A DNA stretch of 64,000 nucleotides, from positions 558,001-622,000 of the forward strand of contig JALMLS010000064.1 of NCBI GenBank assembly GCA_038496445.1. Direction: 5' to 3'. Below are positions 11,896-26,100 of the stretch, piece by piece. A program made the translations under genes and the position numbers. Numbering within the stretch: the stretch's first letter is position 1; every line of letters starts with the position of its first letter. Source of the DNA: Trichosphaerium sp. ATCC 40318. Its lineage: Eukaryota; Protista; Tubulinea. The notes under the pieces were generated by a model. The model made no database searches, was not told the DNA's origin, and saw only the letters and a program-made list of their open reading frames with translations.

Positions 11896-12109
11896 TATTT
11901 TGCGCAGCCATGAGTGACAACGAAACCAGTTCTTAAAACCTTTTCTGGACTGCTGAGATGGCAACAGACTGGCTAGAGCTGTTGCAGAAAAAGGCAGTAG
12001 TATAATATTGACTCTACTACTATCACGGACAATGGCAAAGAGCCGATAATCTCAGCGATAGGTGTTATTATAACGTTTAGTATTAGTACAAAGTACCCGC
12101 AATTATTTT

Positions 12110-13510
12110 TTATTCATTTACATTTTTTTGCTGCTGTCGAAGAAGTTGCTTTTTTACTTTTCTTTTTGCGAATACTACTTCATGTGACTCTTCTGATGGA
12201 TTATCTTCTTTGAATTTTTTGTAGTTTGTGGCAAGTTTACAGTAGCTATCTATATCTACTGCATCTGGCCTTGTTTCAGGACTAATACCTGCTTCTTCTA
12301 GAAAGTCATTTGTCAATCTTGAGTCTATAAGTTTAAGAGAGTTTCTTATTTTTTTCCTCCTTTGTGTGAACGTTTGTTGACAAATGTATTCTAGTTCCTT
12401 AATAGGCGATGTTATATCAATATTTTTAGGTTGTATAATAACAGCTGAAGCATCTACTTTTGGTGGAGGCACAAACACGGAACCAGGTACATCAAAAAGA
12501 AGCTAACACAGCAAAGTCAAAAAAAACCCAAGTCAAATAGCAAAAAATGTGTTCGTACTTTTGCATCACAACAGTGTTGCACCATTACTGATAACCTTGA
12601 GTATTCCCTTGTATTTGGTTTTGCTACAATACGCTATTGGTTATGTTAGTAATTAAAAACATGAATCGTAGTTAAAGCACCTCAGCCACTTCCTAAATGC
12701 ACGTGATTAGTTGTATACAAAAAAAAAAGTTTCAAGTAGTAAATTGTACCTTCTGGAACATTAACACGAACGGTATTCTTCCATATTTAAACATCTGTTC
12801 TCTCTTCGGAACTAACCGAATCCATTTTAACAATAGAGCAGTACTAACACTGAATGGAAGATTTCCAACAATAACAGCATCAGGATCATCTACAAAAACA
12901 CCTGTTAACCACGTGGTTTTTTTTTTTCTCATTATTTTACCATCATACCACTCCTTCATTTGAGTGTGCTCTTTTGCAAATAATAAAGCTTCATTTACTT
13001 TCATCACATCATTATATTCTATACTCAGTCTATCCACTGCAGCTCTGTGACATGAGCGTTAATTTTTTTTTTTGACATTATACCGTTCTTACCTCTGTAA
13101 TATGTCCAAGACGGGCTTGAATCGTGTATCTTTTTCGACTACAATTAGTTTCTTGCATCCTCTGTTTAAAATTGAACGTGTTAGACTCCCAGGCCCTATG
13201 AAAGCGTAAATGCGCGAATAAGGTGCGTTTAAGCAGTAATTACATACCTGGGCCTACTTCTAAGACTGTTTTTCCTTCAAGGGCTCCTGCAGCGCGTACG
13301 ACGCGGTCTATATACTCTTAGAATACTATCACGCTGTTTACTTGCCTGTAACATTGAGATCAAGAATGAAATTTTGTGAAAGCTGCTGTTTAGCTCTGTC
13401 TACGCGTTAGATAGTCGAATTAGGCCATAAATACCGTACGTCAGTCTAAACAACTTAATAAGCTCCCTTGCGCTTGGTAAGGGCGGAAGCTTCAATAAAC
13501 TTGATGCCAT
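12110..13510 (-). CDS. TFB1M: Mitochondrial rRNA adenine dimethyltransferase (KsgA/Dim1 family, TFB1M-like)
   Basis: MASSLLKLPPLPSARELIKLFRL...AKQQLSQNFILDLNVT...VLEVGPG/PGSLTRSIL...IVGNLPFSVST...LMFQKEVA...FVPPPKVDASAV...FTQRRKKIRNSL. Confidence 0.9.
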
Positions 13511-13607
13511 ACTATTGAATTCACCCGTTTACAGCTTTACTGTACGTTTGCAGGTACAATGCCTTAACAACCATTGCTTAAAGTTGATTAGTTTTTTTAT
13601 TCTTCAG

Positions 13608-14916
13608 TTGACAGGCGATATTGTGGCTATCAGGGGATCTTTACACCATAACGATAAACACTACTCAAATATAATTGATTTAAAGCCATTCCAGAACGAA
13701 CACATGCTTAAATACATTAAAAGCTTTGTTAAAGGTGACATGTTTTATGTACGAACTCAACTATCATAGCATGTTAAAACATGTGAGAGTAATGCGTATA
13801 CGGATTGTTGATTCTGAGTCACTATCCATACCTCAATTTTGTACACAGATCACACAGGAGTTACTAGGCTCCTAAATAAATTAACTAATTTTCCTGGAGC
13901 AGCAAAAAATCAATGATAGCAGGAACCAATTGATGCTTTTTTTTTCCTTCAAACGTTTGACTAACTTCTATGTTAAGCGTGTGAGGGAGTGCAATGAAAC
14001 TCGTTCAGTTTGTGATATTGCAAAAGGAGGATTGTCTTGAATGAAGGGCAAATAGCTAGAATACTGTATGGTGTTGTCAAAGCATTAGTATATGTTCATG
14101 AGAAGGACTTAGTACACTTTAATGTGCGAGGAAGTAAGTTCATTTAGATACTTTCAAAGTTTACTGATCTACACAAAGGAAATATATTCATAGATAAAGA
14201 CGGTAATCCTAAACTTGGTGAGCTATTTAAGCAGTTTTTTTTGTCCAGACAAAAAATAAAAGGCTCAACATTGATTGCTTTTAGGTGTACCTAATTTGGT
14301 TAAACAACATACTGTGGTACGATAACAGAATGCATTTGTTAACATATATGCTCAATGTTATAAAAAACAATTAGATTCAGAATTACCCCCTTTGGTGTGC
14401 TCCAGAAACTCTTCTCAATCGTCGCAGTAGTGTACTTTTTTTATTGTATAAGCCATCTGCTTACTTTCCAAGAAAAAACAAGATATGTGGGCATTGGGCA
14501 TTGTTGCATTAGAACTAGCTGACAGGATAGTACAATGGAAACTAACTGCAGTACGTAAAACTTCTTATGGGTGGGTTTTTAGTGAACCAGAAACTTAGTT
14601 GAGACAGGTAAGAAACAACATTTTGTGTGGTACTCCACCATGGTTGCTGCATAAAGAGTTTTGGACCAGTAACTTTACATCCTTCATTGAAAGATGTTTG
14701 TGTAAGGATAGAAAGACGAGATACTCCTCAAAGGAAGCGCTAAATGTAAACAACAAAATAACATACAGAACGATGCTAACTTATTATTAGGATAGATTTT
14801 TGAGCATGTGTAAGCACCAAGGAACACAAAATTTAACGACTATCCTACCAAAACTGAGTGGTATTGATTGGGATGCGTCTTATGAATGCAATCCTTATCC
14901 TTTGTGCTATAAGTAA
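13608..14916 (+). CDS. STE20-like pseudokinase (5' end unresolved)
   Basis: Exons: IVAIR..., LNEGQIARILYGVVKALVYVHEKDLVHFNVRG.NIFIDKDGNPKLG, WCAPE, DMWALGIVALELA, FTSFIERCLCKDRKTRYSSKEAL. Catalytic residues are altered. Confidence 0.7.
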
Positions 14917-15035
14917 GCTGTTAGCCAATTGAAATTAGCTGTGTAGGAATCTCAGTCTCGAGATGTAAAAAACACGTGTTTTTCTTTCTTTTTATTGTTA
15001 TTATATTTAAAAATACATTTTTCGAAAAAACAGTT

Positions 15036-17941
15036 TTACAACACTTGTTTTGCAAGGTAGTCAGGTATACTATGAAGAGCCACTCTATGGCGTACTTCTT
15101 CAGCATTAGGTCTTGCAATAGGATCAAAAGAGGTACATCTATCAAGTAACTTTGATAGAACAGGATAAGGTTCAATAAGATGCTCACAGTCTGGCTTTTT
15201 ACCAGCCATAATTTCAGCTGCGATATCAAACCGTGATAACGTCTGATAAGGTCTTTCAAGGCTCATCATTTCATATAGAACCATTCCAAAAGACCATATA
15301 TCAGCAGATAATGAATAACTCCCTATTTTCTTTGTATTGTACACTTCAGGTGCAATGAACGCTGGCGTCCCTTATTGTTTGGTTAATGAGCTAAAATGTA
15401 AAATGAAGGATTTGGCTTATAAAGTTATACCTAAGACATCAGTTGGTTCATGCTCTTTGGTATGAATTATTACAGCAGCGTCAAAGTCTGCTATAGAAAT
15501 TCGTATAATTTTATCTTGGTAGTCAATAACTACAAGCATATCTGTGAGCTGTTAAAAAAAACGTGGCATAAAGAAAGAAGTTTAAAAATCTTGAAGAAAT
15601 ATCTTCAGACTTATAAGGTAGGATACTGTCGCTCTTTAAATCTCGATGCAATATCTACGTTTTTTTTTATTAGAATAATGTTAATAGGCCAGAACTTAAA
15701 ACGGAGAACAAAAACAAACGAACATTGTGGCTATGTAAAAATTCCAATCCTGTCGCAATATGTAACGTCCAACTTAACAGTGTAATTTCTGTGTATGCTA
15801 TCGTATCTCCTATATATTTTGTTAGTGAGTTATAATAAACAGGTTTGTAAAGCTCAGTAAAATATAAACGTTTAAAGATTTTTATGAAGAGTTTTGCAAT
15901 TCGATTCAAAAAAAATCACGTGAAAAACAATTTTGTTAAATATACCTTCATCAAGAGATTTTTTATGGTCACATAGTATATTATGAAGTGAGTTTGAGTA
16001 AAGTGTCATATACAGACAAATTTTCTCATCTGTTATTTCATGATGCAAGTACTGACCTACAAAAAGATAAGGTAAGGAAATTAATATTAAACAACAAAAA
16101 ACCGTGCATATATTAGGATGAGAGTACTCCTTCAATATCGCTATTTCGTTTTTGACGCCATCAGTATCAAAGGCACCTATTACATGTTAACTAATACTAG
16201 TGATGCGCTTGGTTTGTAGAATTATTGAAGAAAAAAAACTCCTCAGCATACTTTCAACGTTTATTTCCTTTAATGCACACCTAACGTAATTAGTAAACTA
16301 ATTATCATAAAGAGGAAATACTCACATCCATCCATTGACTAAACAAGAATATATTTGTGTTCCAGAACCACCTACAAAGAAGAATTTTAGACCCAAAAAA
16401 AAAGGTAAAATCTTTTATCACGTGATAAACTAAAAACAATTTGTACCTTGTGCCAACTTTTTACATTTTACAATTTCTTTATCGTCTATACTAGAATCTT
16501 TTGGCTTACGTCTAGCACTCTTTTCAGCCAGCTTGGTCCTCCACCGTTTAAAAGTTTGTGTAAAATCTGACTTTGAATTTACAGATTCTCGTAAGGTATC
16601 ATTCTTATTGTTTGACTTACTTTTCTTGGCTCTACAAGATTTGTTACAAAACGGCAACTTGTGGTTAAATAGTATATCGATATAAAGAACGTACGCAATA
16701 TCTTTTGAAGACGGTTTTGTGGATGAACGTGAAAAAAGCTGACTTGAAAAGAAAGACCTTTTTGCTTCAGTTGGAGAAGTAGGGCCACTTGCTACATTGG
16801 TTTTAGGGATCTCATCCTCTTCTTTATCTACGTCATCTGTATCACTTGATAAAAACATTTCCCATTCTTTTTCGAACATGTCAGGGTCACTCTCAGCTGA
16901 ATCACTTGCAGGTGTCTTAATCCAAAATTAATATAAGTGCCAAAACAACACGAAAACCCTTCAAACAAGACTTCAAACAATGTGAGGGTATATCTTACGC
17001 TTGGTAGAGGCCTTGCACAACTAGCATCGCTTGGTCTTGGTAACGCTCTGCTTGCAGGAGCCAAATCAATGTCAAATCTCGCTGTTTTATCTTTGACATC
17101 ATCTTTTTTCTCTTCTTTTAGAACAGAGTGTGTTGATAGTGGCGGATCTAATGGTGCACTATCCTCTTCATCAGTGATACTACATTCATTGTAAGCAATT
17201 AATGCGAACCAATAACAAGAGTGTACTATTTATCAACATCTTTTAGAGTTTCTTTGAGTTCATCCTCTTGACGTATTTTCTTGAAATGTGGCAAACAATA
17301 AGGATTACCTACACCGCCATAGTGAGCAAAAAAATACTTGTCAGTCGATATACCCTCGTATTCTACAAATTCTTGGCCAGTGAGACAATCGCCACACGAA
17401 AAACAAACAAAATGACGTGAGTGCCATGTCTTTGACTAAAAAGGCCAATATAAGCTTTCAAAACGTCATGTAACGGTAAGCACCAGAGCTTGAACCACTT
17501 TGCCTCCAATAATGTAATCGCTACGCCGAAATGAGTTTTTACGAACGAAATGTAGCCTTTACGCACTTGCAACCTGCACAGATGGAGAGAAAAGGCTGAA
17601 TACAAACCCAGCAGAATACTTTCCCTAAAAACCTGTTAAATCAGATCGCCGTGCGTATTTAACCTTCTCGTGAGAATTTCCGACCTATTGTCAATTAACA
17701 TGTTACAAACAACGGGATATTACAATACCAGTTATTAACGCGCTACATTGTGAGCATTGACATGGTGTGCCACGGCTACGTCGAGAAGGAGCTTATTTAT
17801 CTGTAAATAAATAAAAACTACTCAAGAAACGCACGAATGTCCCTTTTCGCTTCCATAGCATACTACCTCAGCATCAATAGTTTCTTTTAACGTTAATTTA
17901 CCAAATTAGACTGCAGAAGCACCACATCACATACATTCCAT
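15036..17941 (-). CDS. LIM-domain-containing protein kinase
   Basis: N-terminal CSQC...FCWVC...ICAGCKDYI...TWHSRHFVCFSCGDCL...PYCLPH (LIM). Kinase motifs GGSGTQIY, CALKE, HRDLKSDN, DFD, TPAFIAPE, ADIWSFG. Start approximate. Confidence 0.8.
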
Positions 17942-18017
17942 ACTTGCGTGCAAGAAACATACTTATGAGTAAACTTGGCAGCCTAATTGCTCAATATGTC
18001 TCGATTTAGTGTTTTAA

Positions 18018-19668
18018 TTACAACCTCACAATTATTTTTAAGGAAGGGTTTTTTTGTCTCATTTGTTCTATATGTGATCCGTGTAACATTGGTCTGATTA
18101 ACTCAAGAGTACGTAAATTTGGTAACTCACATATCCTACCCACGTTATTAATAACCGTTGAACACATGTCACGTAGTGACGTTCAATGAAACTGTCAAAA
18201 AAAAACTCAAACGTACTTATGAACAATATTCTCATGCATCGGGAACAGCAATGAGATATCTTGTAAGTTTACTAACCAACTTGCTATACAATTCAAGACT
18301 CTTGACCTATTTCCATGATACCGTGAACCGAACTAGAATAGTTATGTTTAGCAAGAGATTAAACAGTCATCAGCTAAGTAAGGATGATATTACGTACGCG
18401 AAGGTTAAGATACGTGAGTTGAGTCATTTGTTTTAATTGAGAAACAATACAATGTTTGCTATTAATAAGCACAGAAAGAGATTTCAAGTATGTCAATGTT
18501 TCCAAGTTCGAAATATGACATGAACTTAAACTAAGAGACGAAATATCGAGTGTATTCAAAGGAGCCAAATCAATTACATTCACATTATAACCAGAAACGA
18601 TATTGACATCCTACATACAAAAGAAAAGTAAGTTCCTCACCTACAAAATAAATGCCAAGGGTTGTACCATTTGATGAGATACAGGAGTAATCTGACGTAT
18701 AAAACAAGGTGGAATGATGACTTCTCCAGGGCTCAGTATATTGTAGTCTTCTGGTGATGATATAGCTATAGCCATCCTGTTAAGGTTCGGTAGGTTCTCT
18801 AAGTATAGTGGAACATCGGCAGGAACCCAAGCGGTAGAACATTGAAGTGATTCAAGTGTAGTAAAACGGCATAGATGTTCAAGTTCCTCATAATGTACAG
18901 ATGAAATACTGAGTTCTTTTAAACTAGGAAGATTTGGAAATGTACTGATTCTATTAGAAGCAATCCGTAATCGTGTCAAGTTAGGTGCGGCAGGAATATA
19001 TTCACAAGATTTTGTAGAAATTTCCAAACTGTGCAATCCAGTTAATAAACGTAATTCTGGTGGTACAGGTAGCCCATTGGTTATAGATAAGTGTCTTAAT
19101 GACTTTACTAGGTTACAATACTTAGGTATAAGTACTGGTGTTTGTAATCTAAACCTCTGAAAGTGAGAAAAAAGAAATGGATTGAAAAGCACATCCAAAA
19201 AAAAATTGCGTGCCGTTTCAAGTTTGGTTTACTCCGCAATAAAGCTTCTACAAGATATCTAGATAACTCAAATCCCATGCCATGAACTGATATAGATATT
19301 ATAGAGTGTTCATTGACAAATTGCTTGGTCTTAGCGAGTACAGGAGATGAAAAATTCTCAACTTGACCGTAATGAATTGCAAAGTTGGGTGTAATATGAA
19401 TTGAAAGCTCTTGTAAGTGACGGAAAATGCGACTGGGTATGATAGTTTGATGAGCTAACTTAATAGCGAGAGCTTTAACGTGTTTATCCGTTATTTTAAG
19501 CCATCTTCTTGAAACAGCGCTCAAACATCTACGTAGCGTTGGCGGTACCCGTTCTATTATTTCTGATAGTGTTTCGTTGGGTAATGTCGAGAAAAACGTA
19601 TTTGGCGTTGAAATAATTGGTAACGCCTCCTTTGCGCGTCGCGCTCCCATTGTATTATGCATAAACAT
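18018..19668 (-). CDS. F-box + LRR protein, multi-exon
   Basis: FSTLPNETLSEIIERV...LSAVSRRW F-box; LxxLxL repeats; last exon ICELPNLRTLEL...IIVRL*. Confidence 0.75.
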
Positions 19669-19878
19669 ATTAAATATCTGTTTTCCGTTTATTTAGTCAA
19701 AGTAGCCATATACGTATCCACTGCAGCAAACCACCTATCTACAAAAGCGAGGTATTAAGTAAACAACTTCAGATGGCTTAAGAAATCCACACGTGACCAA
19801 TTACAACTTGTACCAAGGAGGTTGAAATAAAAACCAAAAAACCGTGTTTTTACAAAATTTTTATTTTTTTTCTTATTG

Positions 19879-22451
19879 TCAAATTACAAAGTCGTTAACG
19901 TCCAAGTCTGACCACATATCATCTCCAAAAGGAAGTGGTAAAGAGGAATTACCATCAACCTGGTCAAAATCTATGTCATGCTCAACACAACTTTGTTGTG
20001 AATCTGGTGAACGCTCTTCTATTCGAGGTGAATATTGTCGTGGAGTTTCTGCTTTATCAAGCACACCAGATTGTAATGTGAGTAATTCCTTTGTGCCAGT
20101 ACCCGTCATTGATTCACGAATACTTGATAAAAGTGTAAGAACTAACTCAGAATCGTTTATAGCGCACATTTCTCCAAGTGTTGTTGGATAATTTTGACGA
20201 ATGTCAGCAATAATATTTTCAAATTGTGTTGTGTTCAATCCAGCATCCGTTGCTCGGTCATATATATGTCTAAATAGTAAAATTGGCATGAATTAATAGT
20301 ATTATTCTAACGTACGATACGTAAATGTAGTGACTATTCCACATCGCTGCAGTAGAAAGCATGCCATTAAACGCCTTTAAAATTTTTTAATAAATAATTA
20401 TACAAAATGTGTTGCTGTACGTACCTCTGAAAATAGCTTATTGTCACTGTTTTTTATAGCTACAGTACAACAAATAGTTAAAATACAAACAGATATTTGT
20501 ATATAAAGGCTACTAGATCGACTTTTGTAGTCCCTCCAAGCGCTCCATGCAATCTAGTAAACGACAAAATAAATAAACAAAGAAATTATAACATTTGTTA
20601 TTACTTGTAATGCCATATTATCAGCGGATATAGATAAGGTTACCAAAGCCCTCGCAGCTTTTATCATTGTAGATAATATAAATCTAGTCAATGGAGTAGT
20701 ATTTGAAAGCTCAGTTTTAAGCACTTCAACTGCCAAGTCCAATTGACTCATACATATCTTATACTGAGCTGGCGTCTGTATATGTTACTTCGTGATACAA
20801 TTACGTAAAAAGCGTACCAAGTTAACCACAGAAGCTTTCTCTTTCCCCCAGATACAAGCATACCATGGCATGTCTCCAAGAGACACGAAAACCTTTTTTT
20901 TAATTAACTTGAAAAACTGTCAGTTTTTTTTTTTCGTTGTACCACACCAATCATCGCCCACAACTTTTGTAATGTCTCCACTTCTTCTACACGTTCTATA
21001 TTTCTTCTTTCAAGAGTGCACGCAGTCAGATTCTCTATCACAATGTTGTACGCTTTAACTAATGCTTCTCTAAAGTTATATTTAATTTTTTTATCAAAAA
21101 AGTAATAAAAAACCTTCGTTTGACACTAACCTATTGGGTGGGAATACCAATTCATTTTGAAACTTGTAACTACGTATCAAGCTATCAACTCGCCACATAT
21201 CAGGTGAACACTTGAGTTTTTTATCTTGTGATACACGTTTAGCCATGCCTAGTCAATTGTTAAAGTATATACTAAAAATTTGTTAGTACTTGTTGCTATC
21301 TCCATGTAATAGCGACCAGTTGTGCCATCACCGAACGCTCTTTCGTATATCCCAATATTATATGTACCACCTATAGTTGACAATTAGTATTTGTAATTTA
21401 AGAGGAGGTGAGCCGTACAGGTTACAGCAATACTCTTTGTATCGAATAAATTTCTGACTATTTGTCTTGCCATGTTAACAAATGCATCAGCATGCTCTTT
21501 ACTTCCACTCATACGAGCCCCACATGCTAAACAACCCAAAATTTCTAACATAGAAGGGTCCACCATCCACGCTAAACAGTACTGTAAGACGATAAACTCA
21601 TCAATAAAACCAAGAAGGAGCAATATAAATAACATTTTGTGTGGCTTTTGCGTACTTTCATTAGTTTTCAAGTTATCTAATACGCGAACTGGTGTCCAGT
21701 TAGTAGATATGAAGCTCTAATAAATTTCAGTAAGACCGAAAAACGAAAATCACGTGTCACGCTATTAACGTGATGCACGAAGGTAAACTATGATCACGTG
21801 ATTAACGTAACAAACGTGACAAACGTGATACTCGTAAAAAAAAATTAACGGGATAAACCAAAATACTAACCCGCCACGGGCGAACAGTTTCCCTGTATAA
21901 TACCAAATAGCTAGCAATGGAAGATGATAAACCAAAATGACACGAAAGAGTCCATAAATCAGTCTAAAAAATAACATTAAAAAAAATCAGATAAAATTCG
22001 CGTTTACATGTACATCACGTGGTTGGAACGCGAAAAAAAAAATTGCTAAAAGAAAAATACAAAAAAAGTGGGGAAGAGTTTTCCCCTGTCAGTAAAAAGC
22101 AAAATTGTACTCCTTGCGCGCGAACCTTTGCTTGTGTAGCATTCTCATAAAGACGTTTCCATCTAGCCACTTCTTTCTTTTGCCTTTCAAGTTCTTGCGT
22201 TACTTCTTGTAACTCAGCTTTGGTATTTTCCCTCTGACCTTGGATTAACGTAAGTAAAGTTAAAACGAAGGAGAAACGGAAATGATACCTTTTGTAGGTC
22301 CTCTTTTTTTTGGTTCAGAGTAGTAGCAAGTCATTTTACGATTCCTACAACGACCACAGGGGGTTTCGCCATCACATTTAACATGTTTAATACGGCATAA
22401 CTCACAAGCTCTCTTTGTAGCCCCTATCCGCCTCTTCTTGCGTTGTCTCAT
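19879..22451 (-). CDS. Zn(II)2Cys6 binuclear-cluster transcription factor
   Basis: ACELCRIKHVKCDGETPCGRCRNRKMTC.Y...KKRGP, followed by helical middle-homology-like exons and an acidic C-terminus. Confidence 0.85.
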
Positions 22452-23276
22452 TTAAATCTACTGTAATATTCCTCAAGGAGTGACTTTTCTACTTGCTATC
22501 GTAAAACATACGCATTTGATGTTTTCGTGACTTAAACTCCTGTTTTTCTTTAGAGCTGTGTCTTTATTCCGTCAGTATTATATTGTTGGTTTTAGATAAG
22601 AGTTAGGACTTACTATCCTAATATAATCAAGTGATATACTTTTCGGTCTCCAAATGTCGTTTGTAAACATCACTCTCGGTGTACTGGCGCTAGCCACTCC
22701 GCTAAAGGTTGAAAAAAATCACGTGGGTTAAAAAATCTCGAAGTGTTTTTTAACTCACTTCCAACGTGGAATTTTCGTAGAATCATGGTTGTGGGCATGC
22801 ACGCAAGCGAAAAAAACTAGAAACGACAAGTACCGCTGTCATTATCCATATTTGTGGTTTTGCGAAGATAACGCAGAAGGGTAAGCTTCGAGCTAACGAC
22901 GTGCATTAGCATTGTTGCAAGCAGTGTTCAACTTTAAATTGGTTGAGAAACTAAGTCTCTGTTGTATCTAAAGGAGCGCGAACTGTGCTGTCTGTTGTTC
23001 GAATAAACGCAAGTGTTTCTTTCTGTCAAACTCGGCTTACAGATTAGCTTTGGGTTTTCTCTACACTTCGAGAAATTAGGCGGCATTCTATTTCTTCAAA
23101 ATCCGTTCAATTGGTAAGCCTTTTGTACAACATTTTTACATAAAACAGCGCATTTTATAGTCAACTGTAGCTCTAATCAATTTCGTGAATGCAAACTTTA
23201 TTTAAAACTCGACATCAACAACATATGTAGAAAAGTTCTGAACTTTTTTGGAGAAGCTTCTTTTTTCCAGTCAAAA

Positions 23277-25695
23277 ATGAGCAACGTTCACATGGGCAAC
23301 GCAATACGTTCAAAAAAACGACAAAAGAGGACTAATTTGTTTACAACTGTTGCTGTTGAAATACTAGACCTTCTACTAACTGATCTCGATGTATCTTCGC
23401 TTGCATCGTACGTTTTTTTGTATTTTTAAAATTATCTATTCAACTAACCTTTAAACAGCTGTTGTTGCGTCTCAAAGCTCTTTTACAGCATAGCCAAGCG
23501 TATCTTACTTAAAAACAAATGTGAGGTCCGTTAACGTCTCTAACAGACATTGAGACTCTTACCAAACGCCTATAGATAACACCTGACATTATAAAAGAGT
23601 GTGTAGAGTCATGGAGGAACGAAGGAACGGACACTCGTTACAAAGAGAGCGAAAAAGCTCCTCATTTCAAAGCATTGTTCTTCCACAACAAGCTTACCAT
23701 CAGCCAGTATTCCAACTTAGATCACTTGCTTGCTAGGACAGACTTTCAAGTACAGATAAAACCACGTGTTCAGTTTAACCAATACCACGTGTCCAGGTTT
23801 TTGGTGCAAGAATGTGTAATGGCGTTGACAAATTAACTGATTGGTTAAAACAAATGCCACTTACGCACCTTCACATCGCATCTTTTTATCAAAATATGTT
23901 TGGATCTTCTGGAGATATTAGTACGTATTACAGCAGCCATTTTCAGACCTTGACTTGTCTCTAGATTTAACAGAGTTGTTCGAAATGATTGCAAGTAAAA
24001 ACACACTTAGAGAACTTTTTCTTGGTGTGAGCAATCCTTGCATCTTTTCACACCAATACCTATCCGATGAGTTCGATGTTATAGCTGAACCTTCTCTTAT
24101 TGTTCGACCTGACGTAATGCAAGACCTTATACCCTTGATTCAGAACCACAAAGCGCGCCGTTTTGCACTTGGTGTAGTGTTAAACAACCCGAAAGGATCA
24201 GAGCTTGTTAGAATTATTGAAGTGCGTGCCTCTGTTTCTTAATCTTTACTAATGTTACACGTAAGGCTTGCTTATCTAATAGAACTACGCCTCTGAGAGA
24301 GTTTCACCTTCAAGTTGATACTCGCATAGATGGCGTAGTTGTAAACAGAACCGAATGTGGAAAAAAAGGTGTTCCATGTAATATCCAAAATCCTTTTATA
24401 TCCTTGGGTGACATTACCCAACTCACCGTTCTTCGGGTATTTTCCAAATCTCCCCAATGCATTTCTGCATTTGTTACAGTATTAGATGCTCTATCAGAAA
24501 AGCTATCACTTGTGGATCTCGGTCTATGGATAGACGCCAAGGAAACAAAATTCTCAATGGAAAACTTTGAAAAAATTGAATCAGCTGTCAACAAAATGAA
24601 CTTCTTAGAGCGTTTGAGCTTTGTACGCATCAACTTTCGCTTGGCTTTTTTAAACTAACTATGCGAAGGAATTCTCTAGAATAGACCAATTCGATAACAA
24701 TCCTCTCGCAACTATGACTATGTTCCTTAAACCAAAGCACTTAACTCATTTACGCATTAAGTCAGAGCGACCTTTACAGTTTTCAACGGATATTCCTACC
24801 TTGCGATACCTAAACTTAGAATGCTCTAGTTCTATATCCGGGTTAGAACACTTTGCTGGGCTGGAAAAATTGCACTTGGACTGCGATAAACTAAGTCAAT
24901 TCCCTCAACAAGCTGCTCTTGCCTTCAGGAATCTGAGGCAAGTGTTTCGTTATCTTTGTGTAGCACTTCAACTTAACATCAAACTTGTAGGCAGTTATAT
25001 ATTAAAGCTCCACTGACATCAATTCCTCCTGAGCTATTCGGAATTAACTCACCTTTGGAGAAGCTTACTCTTTCTCGTTGTAAATGCGCAAGGTACCCAA
25101 AAAACCAAAAGTCAAACAAAATTGCTGATTGTTAATCTTTACTGCATAGCGTACCTGATTCCCTGTGGGCGCTTAAACACTTGAAGGCTCTTAATATTGG
25201 CGAAAACCAGTTTAGATTAAGAGATCTACCACCCACGTGCTTCAAAAACTTTACAGAAATTGAAGACCTCAGTGAGTTAAAAACAACTATATTTCTTGGT
25301 TTTTTTTCTTATGGTAAGTAGACCTCGACCGCTGTGGCATTAAAACTATACCTTGCCTTTCATATATGGTAAAATTGGAGTGCTTATCAATCAGGAGTCA
25401 ATACTGTCGTTTCTCTGAAGAGTACCCAGATGACTTTGCCCCTCTGGCCAACCTGAAGGTACTCGATGTTGTTGATACTTCAGTAAGCAAAATACCGCCA
25501 TCTTTGGTAAAGTGTAGAAATTTGGAACAACTCCTCATCAGTTCCACTGGTATTTATAAACTCACCAAAGAGTTTATTGCTACATTATTGAAGCTACGAA
25601 AGTTGGAATACTTGAGATGGGACAGAGCAGGCGCAAGGTTCAATATGGTTAATTTTACAGGTGATGATTTGAGTAGGTTACTACGAGAATACTGA
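23277..25695 (+). CDS. F-box + LRR protein, multi-exon
   Basis: LFTTVAVEILDLLLTDLDVSSLA.CCCVSKLF F-box-like segment; LRRs such as LANLKVLDV..IPPSLVKCRNLEQLLI. Confidence 0.75.
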
Positions 25696-25871
25696 ACTCG
25701 TTTGCCCATCTAATAAAACCTATTTTCCTACTTCCCATGCGATAGCTAATTAATAACATTGTCACTGATTGCTGTATCACGTGATCATGTTACACTGAAT
25801 GAAAACACGTACCAATAAAATCGAAACGTTTTTATTTTTGGTACACCTTTTTGCTTACAAAGCTTTTAACT

Positions 25872-26100
25872 TTATCCCAGTACCTTAACCTGGGCTTGTA
25901 TCAGTTGCAATCGACCTTGTTGTGTTATACTTGTTCCTGACAGTCTGACATAATGCGAATCCATAAGATACTTTACGCTCTTATCAGTCACTCCTACACA
26001 GTTGTGTATGCTTATTAAGTGAACACCTCTAAGAGAGATAACACCCTCATCTGTTATACCTTCACAATTGTTAAGCTCTATATCAAATATACCTTTGAGT
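25872..26100 (-). pseudogene. Orphan C-terminal fragment of the ITDEG/GVH-type LRR family
   Basis: Reads LKGIFDIELNNCEGITDEGVISLRGVHLISIHNCVGVTDKSVKYL...VKVLG*; no upstream start or F-box before the Rac 3' end. Confidence 0.6.

Noticed and set aside
11900-12065. RNase P/MRP, U1 or U4 identity for the structured element
   Set aside because: Too short, and the diagnostic motifs (CR-I GGAA, ACUUACCUG, Sm site) are not convincingly present.
24938-24994. Possible GC-AG intron
   Set aside because: A GT-AG intron shifted by 4 nt gives the same protein, so it cannot be distinguished.
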